Sequence record: NC_048016.1
DNA: 64,000 bases
Strand: one strand, 5' to 3'
The notes beneath the pieces are model-generated. The model saw only the letters and a program-made list of their open reading frames with translations, did no database searches and had not been told where the DNA came from. Every line of letters starts with the position of its first letter. Position 1 is the first letter of the stretch. The translations under genes were made by a program, and so were the position numbers. This document shows positions 19,387-29,100 of the stretch, piece by piece.

Positions 19387-20408
19387 TGCGCCAGTATCTT
19401 CAATTGATGGAATCCGTCCTCTCTTTCGGTCATGAAAAGAAAGACCGTACCGGCACCGGAACGCGCTCCTTGTTCGGGGCCCAGATGCGCTTTGACCTGA
19501 CCGAAGGCTTCCCACTGGTGACCACGAAAAAGGTTCACCTGCGCTCTATCATTCACGAGCTGCTGTGGTTCCTGAAAGGTGATACCAACATCGGTTACCT
19601 GAAAGACAACAACGTTTCCATCTGGGATGAGTGGGCTGATGAGAACGGCGACCTAGGACCGGTGTACGGCAAGCAGTGGCGGGAGTGGATGGATTACCGT
19701 GTCATTGGCGAAGACAACGCAGAGCAAGCGGCGTTGTTGAAGAAAGCAGGCTACAAGTTCTTCGGTAGTGAAACGGGTGTTGCGTTAGAAGAGCCTGATA
19801 TCTGGGTCCGTAAAACTGACCAAATCTCCAAGGTCATCGACCAACTGCGCAACGATCCGGACAATCGCCGCATTATTGTCAGTGCGTGGAACGTAGGTGA
19901 GTTGGACCAGATGGCGTTGGCCCCGTGTCATTCTTTCTTCCAGTTCTATACGCGCGAGCTGACGCTGTACGAGCGTGCTCTTGCTGCAAAAGAGAAAGGC
20001 ACCGAAGACTACTACCTGAATCTCAATGAGAAACATCAGGAGCAGCTGCATTACGAGTTCGATGAATTGGCTGTTCCCCGTCGCGGTCTATCGTGTCAGT
20101 TGTATCAGCGCAGCGCCGATGTCTTCTTGGGCGTACCGTTTAACATCGCCTCGTATGCTTTACTGACTGAGATGATTGCTCAGCAGGTCAACATGGTGGC
20201 CGAAGAGTTCGTCTGGACAGGCGGTGATACGCATCTGTATTCCAACCATCTGGAGCAGGCACGTCTGCAGTTAACACGTGACCCGCATCCGTTACCGCGT
20301 CTGAAAATCAAACGCAAGCCCGACTCTATCTTTGACTACCAGTTCGAAGACTTTGAAGTCGAAGGTTACGTTTCACACGACGCTATCAAAGCGCCAGTTG
20401 CTATCTAG
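19386..20408 (+). CDS. thyA: Thymidylate synthase
   Basis: [57 protein letters not shown]. Confidence 0.97.
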   Translation: MRQYLQLMESVLSFGHEKKDRTGTGTRSLFGAQMRFDLTEGFPLVTTKKVHLRSIIHELLWFLKGDTNIGYLKDNNVSIWDEWADENGDLGPVYGKQWREWMDYRVIGEDNAEQAALLKKAGYKFFGSETGVALEEPDIWVRKTDQISKVIDQLRNDPDNRRIIVSAWNVGELDQMALAPCHSFFQFYTRELTLYERALAAKEKGTEDYYLNLNEKHQEQLHYEFDELAVPRRGLSCQLYQRSADVFLGVPFNIASYALLTEMIAQQVNMVAEEFVWTGGDTHLYSNHLEQARLQLTRDPHPLPRLKIKRKPDSIFDYQFEDFEVEGYVSHDAIKAPVAI

Positions 20409-20416
20409 GAGGTCAC

Positions 20417-20812
20417 ATGACTATTTGTGCTTACTTCTATTCTTACCCAAAAACCTCGGTCAGTAGTATTGTGCGCAATGCTTGGGATCACAACAAGCCG
20501 ATTAGCCACATCGACCATGTCTACGGTGAGGTCGAAAATGACCAAGACAAAATGGAGTGGTCGGCTCGAACCTCATTCTGTTACGAGGCGCTGAAACTCA
20601 TTACGCCGAAAGACAAAGAAGGTTGTTATCACGGTGACGAGGAATTCTCTATCAGTCGTGAGACACTCATTGCGTTTAAAGCGAATGTCGAACAGCTCGA
20701 TCAAAAAGACGCGATGGGTGAAGATTGGGTGAAGGTAACACTCTACGAACTCCAGCAACTCATCGATACTTTCAACTTCGATGAGAAGTATCTTACCGTC
20801 CAGACCGATTAA
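20417..20812 (+). CDS. Hypothetical protein
   Basis: 131 aa, GGAGG RBS. Confidence 0.75.
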   Translation: MTICAYFYSYPKTSVSSIVRNAWDHNKPISHIDHVYGEVENDQDKMEWSARTSFCYEALKLITPKDKEGCYHGDEEFSISRETLIAFKANVEQLDQKDAMGEDWVKVTLYELQQLIDTFNFDEKYLTVQTD

Positions 20813-20868
20813 AAACGTGATTCCGCAGTTCTATGCTGAAACACACAACTGAAAAGAAGGAAAGCGAG

Positions 20869-21060
20869 ATGTCCCAGAAAGAAAGCTCCATGCAGTCTAC
20901 CATCAACCAGCACAACCAGATGGTTGCGGATGACGCCGACGACAGTTTCGACCTGCCGGGTCTGGACGACGCCGAAGCGCGTGTGGCTGAGAAGCGCGAT
21001 GCCGAAGAAAATCAGGAAGACATTTCTGATGAAGCGGATTGCGAAGGCTGCAAAATCTAA
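20869..21060 (+). CDS. Small acidic protein ending in CxxC (DCEGCKI)
   Basis: AAGGA RBS before ATG 20869 (alternative start 20833); followed by a terminator. Confidence 0.7.
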   Translation: MSQKESSMQSTINQHNQMVADDADDSFDLPGLDDAEARVAEKRDAEENQEDISDEADCEGCKI

Positions 21061-21070
21061 GTAGTGCTTG

Positions 21071-21096
21071 CCCCGCCACGTGCGGGGTATTCTTTT
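21071..21096 (+). terminator. Intrinsic terminator
   Basis: CCCCGC-CACGT-GCGGGG then TATTCTTTT. Confidence 0.7.
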
Positions 21097-21115
21097 ATTA
21101 ACCCAAGGAACTAAG

Positions 21116-21574
21116 ATGTCTACGACTCGAATCAATTACGATTTGGTAGTGCAAGAACTTACCCGGAACATGTACCCATTAGACCACACCGTTGTCCACG
21201 CCTGCAACATGTCTCTTCCACAGAGACTACTTGCCTTTCGCACCGTGCGTTTCGGCGCAGGACGCCAGCAGGGAATCACGGAGTGGTTGGCAGAAGATTT
21301 CGTTCGTAATGAAGGGCACTCTCTGGTACTCCAAACGAGTACCGAACTGCGGGCCGATTTACGTTACCGTATCCTCGCGAAATCTAATGAGGCAAAGGTC
21401 GACTCCGGGATGTTCCTTGCGAGAGATATTCCTGACTATGTCAAACACTTGAAGTTTAACCGTGTGTATATCGACGACGCGGGGCATTACTTCAACCTGT
21501 TCAAATTGAGCAAGGTGTACGAACATCTTGCAACCTGTACAACTGACGACGTTATCATCTATCATCTTAATTAA
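21116..21574 (+). CDS. Small degenerate P-loop NTPase-fold protein
   Basis: GAGRQQGIT (Walker A-like, K replaced by I) and RVYIDDA (Walker B-like); AAGGA RBS. Confidence 0.55.
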   Translation: MSTTRINYDLVVQELTRNMYPLDHTVVHACNMSLPQRLLAFRTVRFGAGRQQGITEWLAEDFVRNEGHSLVLQTSTELRADLRYRILAKSNEAKVDSGMFLARDIPDYVKHLKFNRVYIDDAGHYFNLFKLSKVYEHLATCTTDDVIIYHLN

Positions 21575-21587
21575 GGGCTGACTTCAA

Positions 21588-22970
21588 ATGGGCGAGCAAT
21601 TTGTTATCCAAGTGCCATACGTTGCACTGTTTAATCCGAACAACTTCCTGATGGAAGTCAACGATGCGCTGAAGGTACTGAAAGAGGAAGGGCGTGCGAA
21701 CATCCTGTTCCGCACTATCCGTTCACTCGACCGCAATGTCGAAACCGGCACATGGTACATCGAAGGTGACTTGGCACCGGAAGAGGGCGACGTCGAAGAA
21801 GATCCGGAGATGCAGTTTAACCGCATGCGTGACCTCGATAATTACGACTGCGAACTGAACCTGCCGCTGCTGCACGTTCTGCTGGCCGCACCGTTGTACG
21901 ATGCACAGAAAAACATCGTGACCCATCCGCGTTATATCCGCCTGTTCCAAATTCCTGAGCTGATTCAGAAAATCAAAGGCTGGTCACAAGCGCGCGGCAT
22001 TCTGGACAACGGCATCTGGTACACCCAAGCCACCAAGATGTACGAAGAAGACGGTGAGATTGCCCCGGGTGTGGCCAAGTCCAAACGTAACATGGTTATC
22101 GACGGCGTCGGTGACATGATCGTGGTAATGGTTAACCTGCTGGAGCTGACGAACTTTAATTCCGAGGCCATTACGGCGATGGTTGCTTCTGTCCGTAAAG
22201 AAGCACCGCCTATGGGTAATGCACACTACCTGTACCACAAGCTGCGTATGTCGAACACGCTGTCCGTCGACTACATGTGGGAAGTCGCTGGCGTGGATTC
22301 GCCGAAGCAGTTGACCCGTACGATGTTTGATGAAACACAAATCAAATACGCTATCGGTCATCTGGGCGACTGTTTGATCTTTGCCAATGCGCTGGCTAAT
22401 GCGTACGAGTTCACGCTGGAGCAAGCCCTGTCCATGGCGTGGGATGAAATCAAAGACCGCACCGGTTTTCTGAACGCAGACGGTGTGTTTGTGAAGGAGT
22501 CTGATATGTCTGAAAACGATCGTATCCAACGTGCCCTGAAAGACACCGAAAAAGCCGGTAACTTTGACGGTGATAATAGCCCTGCGCGCAAACTGGAAGT
22601 TGACCTTTCAGGCGAACACGCAACCACGACCGCCCGTGGAATGACCTCAGCCTTCACGGCGGTTGATGAACTGGGAACTGTCGAGCCACCAACCAAAGAG
22701 ATCTCTTACTTCCCGGTTGTGCCGACTACTGAACAACTGAGCGCAGCGACCGATGCTATTCATGCAACACTCGGCGGTGACTCAGTACAGTTTGTCCGTG
22801 TAGGCACCTACTACGGTGGTGACACGTTCTACCCTCGTCCGCACATCCTGTTTGAATTCACACTCGACGGTCGTCCGGGAACGCGCCATCAGCAGGTTGA
22901 AGAAGGCGAGTATTGGGAATTTGCTGACGATGCGGCGTCTTACATCGTGCGTGAGCCTATCAGCGACTAA
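21588..22970 (+). CDS. mazG: Multi-domain protein with a MazG-like nucleotide pyrophosphohydrolase
   Basis: IKGWSQARGI...KMYEEDGEIAPGV...DGVGD...AWDEIKDRTGFLNADGVFVKE. Confidence 0.8.
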   Translation: MGEQFVIQVPYVALFNPNNFLMEVNDALKVLKEEGRANILFRTIRSLDRNVETGTWYIEGDLAPEEGDVEEDPEMQFNRMRDLDNYDCELNLPLLHVLLAAPLYDAQKNIVTHPRYIRLFQIPELIQKIKGWSQARGILDNGIWYTQATKMYEEDGEIAPGVAKSKRNMVIDGVGDMIVVMVNLLELTNFNSEAITAMVASVRKEAPPMGNAHYLYHKLRMSNTLSVDYMWEVAGVDSPKQLTRTMFDETQIKYAIGHLGDCLIFANALANAYEFTLEQALSMAWDEIKDRTGFLNADGVFVKESDMSENDRIQRALKDTEKAGNFDGDNSPARKLEVDLSGEHATTTARGMTSAFTAVDELGTVEPPTKEISYFPVVPTTEQLSAATDAIHATLGGDSVQFVRVGTYYGGDTFYPRPHILFEFTLDGRPGTRHQQVEEGEYWEFADDAASYIVREPISD

Positions 22971-22978
22971 GGACAGTC

Positions 22979-23476
22979 ATGAACCGTATCGAAGTGATTG
23001 ATGTCATCCCCGATGACAATGAAATCGAAATCAACGGTAAGGTGATTGGCTCAGTGAACGACCGCCACGCGATGTTGTGGCGGTACTTCTCGAATGCCGA
23101 ACACATCTTCATTATCGAGGATGTGAGCCTGACGTTTGATGAAACACCGACCGAGCAGATTACCGTTCCGCTTGAAGAATCAATGCTGCGTAAACTCATT
23201 GCGTGTGCCGACTACCGTAACGAAGACAATGACCCGAACAGTCTGTGGGATGAAATTGACCCCTCACTGCCAAAGGAAATTGGTCTGCGGGCGGTCGAAA
23301 CCATCAAGCTCGATTCCATGTGGTTGGACTGCAACAGCAAGATTCCGGTGTGTACGCCCATTCTGGTTATCCACGTCGACCGTGACGAAGTAGACATGCC
23401 GGTGCTCTGCATCAGCTACCTGATTCTGCGCCACCCTGACGATCGTGAAATAGGAGACAACATTGACCGAACTTAA
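22979..23476 (+). CDS. Hypothetical protein
   Basis: 165 aa, AAGGA RBS. Confidence 0.75.
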   Translation: MNRIEVIDVIPDDNEIEINGKVIGSVNDRHAMLWRYFSNAEHIFIIEDVSLTFDETPTEQITVPLEESMLRKLIACADYRNEDNDPNSLWDEIDPSLPKEIGLRAVETIKLDSMWLDCNSKIPVCTPILVIHVDRDEVDMPVLCISYLILRHPDDREIGDNIDRT

Positions 23477-23873
23477 TCGCATCCATCGGGATGAAAACAG
23501 TAACGTCTTCATCAACAACAAGCCTGTGCCGTTCAATCTCGGTATTGCGGATTGGGTGTGGGATATGTTTGTGCCGAAGGCGAAGAACGGGTTTGAGATT
23601 GTGTTTGTTGACCAGCCCCATGCGGTCGGTCCGTGGGCACGTATCGGCAATCCTCGCTTCTTTGAAATTGATGAGCAGCAGGCCGGTTTCTTACTGCGCG
23701 AATGTCAGTTCCGGGGTCACTGCACTGACGGTAAAAATGCGCTGGCGGTGTCACAAGAGCTGGGCATGGAAATCCCCTACCTGAACGTGCCTGTGAAGGA
23801 AGCGGACCACAACGCCATGATTGTCTGGTACAGCAGCGGTGCATGGCAAATCGTGACCTGTGACCAACCCTAA
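23463..23873 (+). CDS. Hypothetical protein
   Basis: 136 aa, TTG start after AGGAG. Confidence 0.7.
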   Translation: MTELNRIHRDENSNVFINNKPVPFNLGIADWVWDMFVPKAKNGFEIVFVDQPHAVGPWARIGNPRFFEIDEQQAGFLLRECQFRGHCTDGKNALAVSQELGMEIPYLNVPVKEADHNAMIVWYSSGAWQIVTCDQP

Positions 23874-23881
23874 ACAAATAA

Positions 23882-23922
23882 AAGTAACCCACTCCCGTAA
23901 AGGAGTGGGTACTTCTTTTTTT
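23882..23922. terminator. Bidirectional terminator between convergent genes
   Basis: ACCCACTCC-CGTAAA-GGAGTGGGT with A and T tracts. Confidence 0.85.
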
Positions 23923-23923
23923 G

Positions 23924-26122
23924 CTATCGTGCCGGAGTTGAGAAGATGTTCGCCAAGACACGCGCCGGCGGCAAGTCAAACACCGAGTTCACCACCGAGC
24001 CTACCGAGAAGGCAGACTTCCACGACTGTTTCCAGTTCAGGGCGTTCATGATGGTACGGTCAATACCGTTGGTACGTTGGTGCAGCGTTGCACCCCCCAA
24101 CACCGCCATGAATTCCGTGAACTTGTTATCGTCATCCCAAACTGACTGGTCAGTGACAATCGGCATGTACATCACACGCGACATGTCACGGATGGTGACG
24201 GAGATGTCACACGACAACGGACAGCCGTCCACACGCCAACCCAAACCACCGACACCGAAGTTCATGCTGACCGAGGTCACAATCCCATTACGGATGGAGT
24301 GACGACCACGTGAATACGCCTCCACGTAGAACGGGTGCGTGAACGACTGCTTACCGGTGGCAATCGGACAGGCCGCAGCAATCCAGAACGACAACGGGAC
24401 GATAAGGTCTTGGAATACATCCAAGTCATTACCTGACCAGCAACGCAGGGGAATCGTCAGCGTGACATCATCACCGTCGGTTGAGGAACTGTCCCACACT
24501 TCAGGAAAGTCAATCACCGAGGAGTTGTACAGCGACATAATCCCTGAGAGGTGCAGGAAGTCCAATGCGCCGGTAAAGGCAGACTTCAGACCCGTGATAA
24601 GGCCGTCCACCGCATCAAAGCCTGTCTTACCACCCGAGAGGTTCACCTCAAGGCTACGGGCTTTCTGCGTGGCGGAGTTCACGGTACCGGAGATTTCAGG
24701 TTCTTTGGTACTGTTGGAGAAGTTACGACTGACCGTATCTCGCCCATCAATTTTCCACGTTACCCACTGGGAACCGTTCTTGAATTCTGCCTCTGCCTGT
24801 GTGGCAATCGAATTCGTAAAGCGTCCCACGGTCCCTTCCGCTTCTTTGGCGTAGTCCCCGAAGAGGTCACCCCACGTCTGCTTCTGACCGCCGTCCATCC
24901 AGTTCTGAATCTGCTCTTGGTTCGGCTGGTCACCTTCCCCGCCCTGAGCTTGACTCGCCATCTGGTTCTGCAACGCCTGACGTTCGGTGTTGGTTGCGTT
25001 GTCGTACGCATCCGCCGTGCCACCACCTTGGTCAGCCTGTGAGTACACGCTTCCCACACTCTGCAGTACCGCATCTTCCTGATTGTCAACGTTGGTAAAG
25101 CCTGCGTAGTAGCCCGGTGATTTGGCAAACGCCGCTTCCATCGCCGCCAGTGAGATTTCCATTCCCGCCATGGCCTTGCTGTTGGGGTCAATCGAATTGG
25201 TGAACAGGGCTTCTTTATAAAACGCCTGTACACGACTCGCTTGGTCTTCCGGTGACGTCGCCTCTTTGGCAATCTTGTCAAGCGTGTCAGCCTGATAGTT
25301 CGCCAACACCTGATAACGGTTAATCATCTTGTAGATATCAAACTCGCCGTTAGCTTTCCAGATGTCAGGGAGGGCAGAATACAAATCGGCTTTCGACTTG
25401 TAATACTTGTTCGCCGGATCGTTCACATCCCCTGACCCTTTTCCGCCAAAGAAACCGAGGATATTCGTCGGCACCAGTTTGCGGTAAATCAGCTGGGTGT
25501 TTACGATGTTCTGCACCGCGCGCAAGTACAGGTGCATTGTCGGCTTCACGTAGTAGTAACGCGAGGCCTGTTTGTTCAGGGCTGCTTTCAACACGCGTGG
25601 GATAATCAGTAACGCACCAAACGCCACGGTACCCAGTGTGGCCCAGATGGCAGCTGCGGTTACCCATGTCCCCAATGTCCGCACCATACCCGGATAGTCA
25701 CCCGTACGGGCGAGGTAGGCGAGGTTGGAGTCGTACATGTTTGCGAAGAAGGCCGCAACCCCTAAGTATTTCGGTTTGCCAAAACGGCAGTGGATATAGA
25801 AACTGTTTTGCTCAATCGCCTCGGAGTAGAACGCACCGTTGCGATACGATCCTTGTTGTTCTTGGCTGTCATGCCACTTACGAAATGAAGCACGGGTCTC
25901 ATCGTAGGGCTGCGCGAAGACACCACCGACAGGCGGATCGGCAAACAGGGTAAAACCCGGTGGGGTGTTAATCGCCTGCCCACCACCCACGGTGGTATCG
26001 GCAAACGACAGTCGAGCGTCGCTGTACACACGCAGGTTTGTGAAACGCGTGTCGCGTTGGGTTATCGCACCGCCGAACAGGGCCGTGACCCAACCGGAGT
26101 CGGTAATCGTTCTCGCATCCAC
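23924..26122 (-). CDS. Tail/baseplate-associated virion protein (SPN3US gp238 / phiKZ gp182-like)
   Basis: 732 aa directly downstream of the tape measure; assignment by synteny. Confidence 0.7.
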   Translation of the reverse strand: MDARTITDSGWVTALFGGAITQRDTRFTNLRVYSDARLSFADTTVGGGQAINTPPGFTLFADPPVGGVFAQPYDETRASFRKWHDSQEQQGSYRNGAFYSEAIEQNSFYIHCRFGKPKYLGVAAFFANMYDSNLAYLARTGDYPGMVRTLGTWVTAAAIWATLGTVAFGALLIIPRVLKAALNKQASRYYYVKPTMHLYLRAVQNIVNTQLIYRKLVPTNILGFFGGKGSGDVNDPANKYYKSKADLYSALPDIWKANGEFDIYKMINRYQVLANYQADTLDKIAKEATSPEDQASRVQAFYKEALFTNSIDPNSKAMAGMEISLAAMEAAFAKSPGYYAGFTNVDNQEDAVLQSVGSVYSQADQGGGTADAYDNATNTERQALQNQMASQAQGGEGDQPNQEQIQNWMDGGQKQTWGDLFGDYAKEAEGTVGRFTNSIATQAEAEFKNGSQWVTWKIDGRDTVSRNFSNSTKEPEISGTVNSATQKARSLEVNLSGGKTGFDAVDGLITGLKSAFTGALDFLHLSGIMSLYNSSVIDFPEVWDSSSTDGDDVTLTIPLRCWSGNDLDVFQDLIVPLSFWIAAACPIATGKQSFTHPFYVEAYSRGRHSIRNGIVTSVSMNFGVGGLGWRVDGCPLSCDISVTIRDMSRVMYMPIVTDQSVWDDDNKFTEFMAVLGGATLHQRTNGIDRTIMNALNWKQSWKSAFSVGSVVNSVFDLPPARVLANIFSTPAR

Positions 26123-26171
26123 AGTGGACCTCTCTTGAAAGAAATGGGGGCAGTTGCCCGCCCCCGTTTAA

Positions 26172-29100
26172 CTACGACGCTTTCCGGTTCAGGTTAAGCG
26201 TTGGTGCCGGTGCTGTGGTTTGTGTCTTACGACTGGCAGCGCCGGGCGCAGTTGCAGCTTGAGCCGCAGGTGGTGCCCCGTTGAGCGTCCCACCTTTCTG
26301 GAGGTATTCCCAAATCTTCGAGAGGTAGTCGCGACTCTGCCCCTCGATGTCAATGAGTTCATCCATACGGCTCACCGTGACCATATCACCTGCCGAGACA
26401 GGCATGTCGTTAGCGGCTTTACGCGGTTTGGCCTGTGCCGTTGCCTGATTGGCATAGCCCGCCCCGACCTTGGCTGCATCTGCTGGAGACATTCCATCTG
26501 CCTCCGCGGCCGCTTGGATGTTATCGGCATCTTTAGCAATATCCGACGGCGAGTTCGCCGCTGACACGCCCGCAGGATTCGGTGCTGTCACAGACGCACT
26601 TTGCGTGGCCGCATCGTTCGCCGCCTGTGCACCTTTCTGCGCCAATGCCACATCCTTGCGCTGTGCTGTCTGGATTGCACCATCAGCATCGTTGGCTGCC
26701 GGAGCACCTGCTGCCCGTGCTGGGTCAGTCGGTGTCTGGCCCGACATGGCTTGCTTCGCCAAATCGGAGTTCGAGGTGGCAATGTTCGCAACCTGTGAAC
26801 CCATACGCCCGTTCAACTCTTGCATCACCTGTGCAAAGCTTCGAATACGTCCGCCGGAGGTGAAGACCGACATGTTGTTGCCTATCACGCCGCTACTGGA
26901 ATAACGGATAGAGTTGGCCGGTGCATTCGGGTTGGCTTTGTAGGCTTTCATGAACTTGGCCGCATCGCCCGCACCCAAGAAGTGATACAGGTACGCCACG
27001 CCCGGAGGGACTTGGCCGCCGTAATCGCTTTGGGCTTTGGAGATGTTGTTACGAATGAAGTTAATGCCGAGCAGGGTATTCGCGTACGGGTCGAGCTGGG
27101 TTGCCCCATTCGGAATCCCGAACTTGTTACCGTAGTTCTGCAATTCTCCAGGCGCATTGCCTTTCCCTGACCACGTGGATTTGATGAACTGATACAGTCC
27201 ACCGGCTCCCGAGTCTTTGTTCCATGCTTTATAGTTGAACTTGGATTCGGCGTACGCCATCCCCAATGCAACACCCGGTGGTACTCCGAGGCGTTGCGCC
27301 ACATCCACAATCATGGCCTTCACGTTGGCGACGTTATTCAACGACGCGCGTGGATACTTCTCTGCCAACTCTTTGTAGTTGCCATCGCCCATCTGTCCCA
27401 AGGAGATGTTGGTACTACCGGTGGTCATCGCGGCATAGTTTCCAATCCCGCCGGCTGCAGCAATTTCACTGCTGCCATTCCAACCGCCACCACCCCCGTC
27501 GTAACCGCTCCGACCGTTTAAGCCTGCGGCACGCAATGCCTCTGCTGAGCCCGGGGCGTACGAACTCACCCCGTTATCGCTCATGGCGTCACCGCCGTAG
27601 AGGCCCTTGGTCAGTTCCTTCTGTTTCCACTGCGCACGGCCTTGCTTCTTCTCGTTTTCACGCATCAGGTTTCGCACTGCCAAGTCCGCTTCTTTCGAAA
27701 GGACGTGCAGGGATTCCAGTTCTGCGTTAACCGAGGAGGCTACCGTGTTTGCATCGCCCCCGAACGGGTTGATGGCAATGTCCCAAACAGACTGACGAAT
27801 GTCATTCTTCATGGAGTAGGCACGCGAGGTCATTAAACCGACTTCGTAGAGATACCCACCCGAGAGTTTCAAGTCCAGCGGATTGGCGGTAGGCTGATAG
27901 CGATACACACCCACCACGTACGTCATGAAGACCGGCAGGAAACGGTTGTAGAACCAGTATTTCAACCGGTCGGCTTTCTCGGAAGTGGAACCCCCCGGTA
28001 CTAACGCATCAATCGCTTCTTGCCATCTGCCTTTATACGTGTTGTTCTTGACATCGATACTCGGGTAGACCAGCCGCTCCATCAGTAACAGGGATTTCAC
28101 CTGTGCCGGATTGAGGGTGGTTAAACCGTATGCCTTCATTCGGAGTGACTGCAAGGCATCGACGTCTTTTTGCTGGACCACAGAGTTGTAATCAACCTGA
28201 ACCGTAACCTGTTCGTTGCCGTCTTCCCAACCTTCTTTCTTGATGGTGTGGTCACGGCGTTCTTGGTCAAGGGTAGCGAGTCGGTTAACTGACTCTGCCA
28301 CACCGGAGACTTTGGTGCCGTCGGCCGTTGGGGGTGCCAAGTGATTGCGCACTGCCGCTGACCCTTCTGCACGGAACTTAATGGATTTCTCCACTTCGTT
28401 CTGCACATCCATCACATCGTCCGCACCCAGTAAATCCGGTGAGGTGAAGGTAATCGTATCCCATGCCTTCGAGAAGAAACCTTGGTTCGTTTTACGGGGG
28501 TCTTCGATGGCTTTCAGGTATTGCGAGTCCTTGCTCAATTTGTTTTTGGCAAACAGCGTCTTCATGTCTTCTTTGCTGACTTTGGTTACATCACCTAAGT
28601 CTTTCAAGGCCACATCGCTCTCAAGCTGACGCAGAGAACTCATCCACCGCAGGTACAGTGGAATAAAGCGCTGGAGCATAAACGCATGGAAGGAGACCAG
28701 TTCCGATTTCTCGTCCTTGTTCACCCCGAAGCCTGCTGCAAGTTTCTCCACATCGCTGGCAGAAAGGCCACGTAACGTTGCCGCCCCGTCGTTGTTGTAG
28801 GAGATGTACCCTTTCAGCTGGTCTTCCAAGTATCTCGCCTTCGCGCCGTCGTCGCTGTTCCAGCTTTCGTAATCACGGAAGCCGTACTGGGCCAGACGCA
28901 TACGGTCAAGGTATTTCGCCGGGACGTTGGTGGCGATTTTGTACGCGGCGTAGCCGATACCGGCCACCGCGGCACCCACGGCAATCGCCGGCCAACCAAT
29001 CGCGGTCACCAAGGCGGCCGCACCCGAGATAAGCGGGGCTGCAATGGCCCGTGCCGCCCACGGCAGTGCTCGGGTAGCCAATGCCCAACCACCGCGTGCC

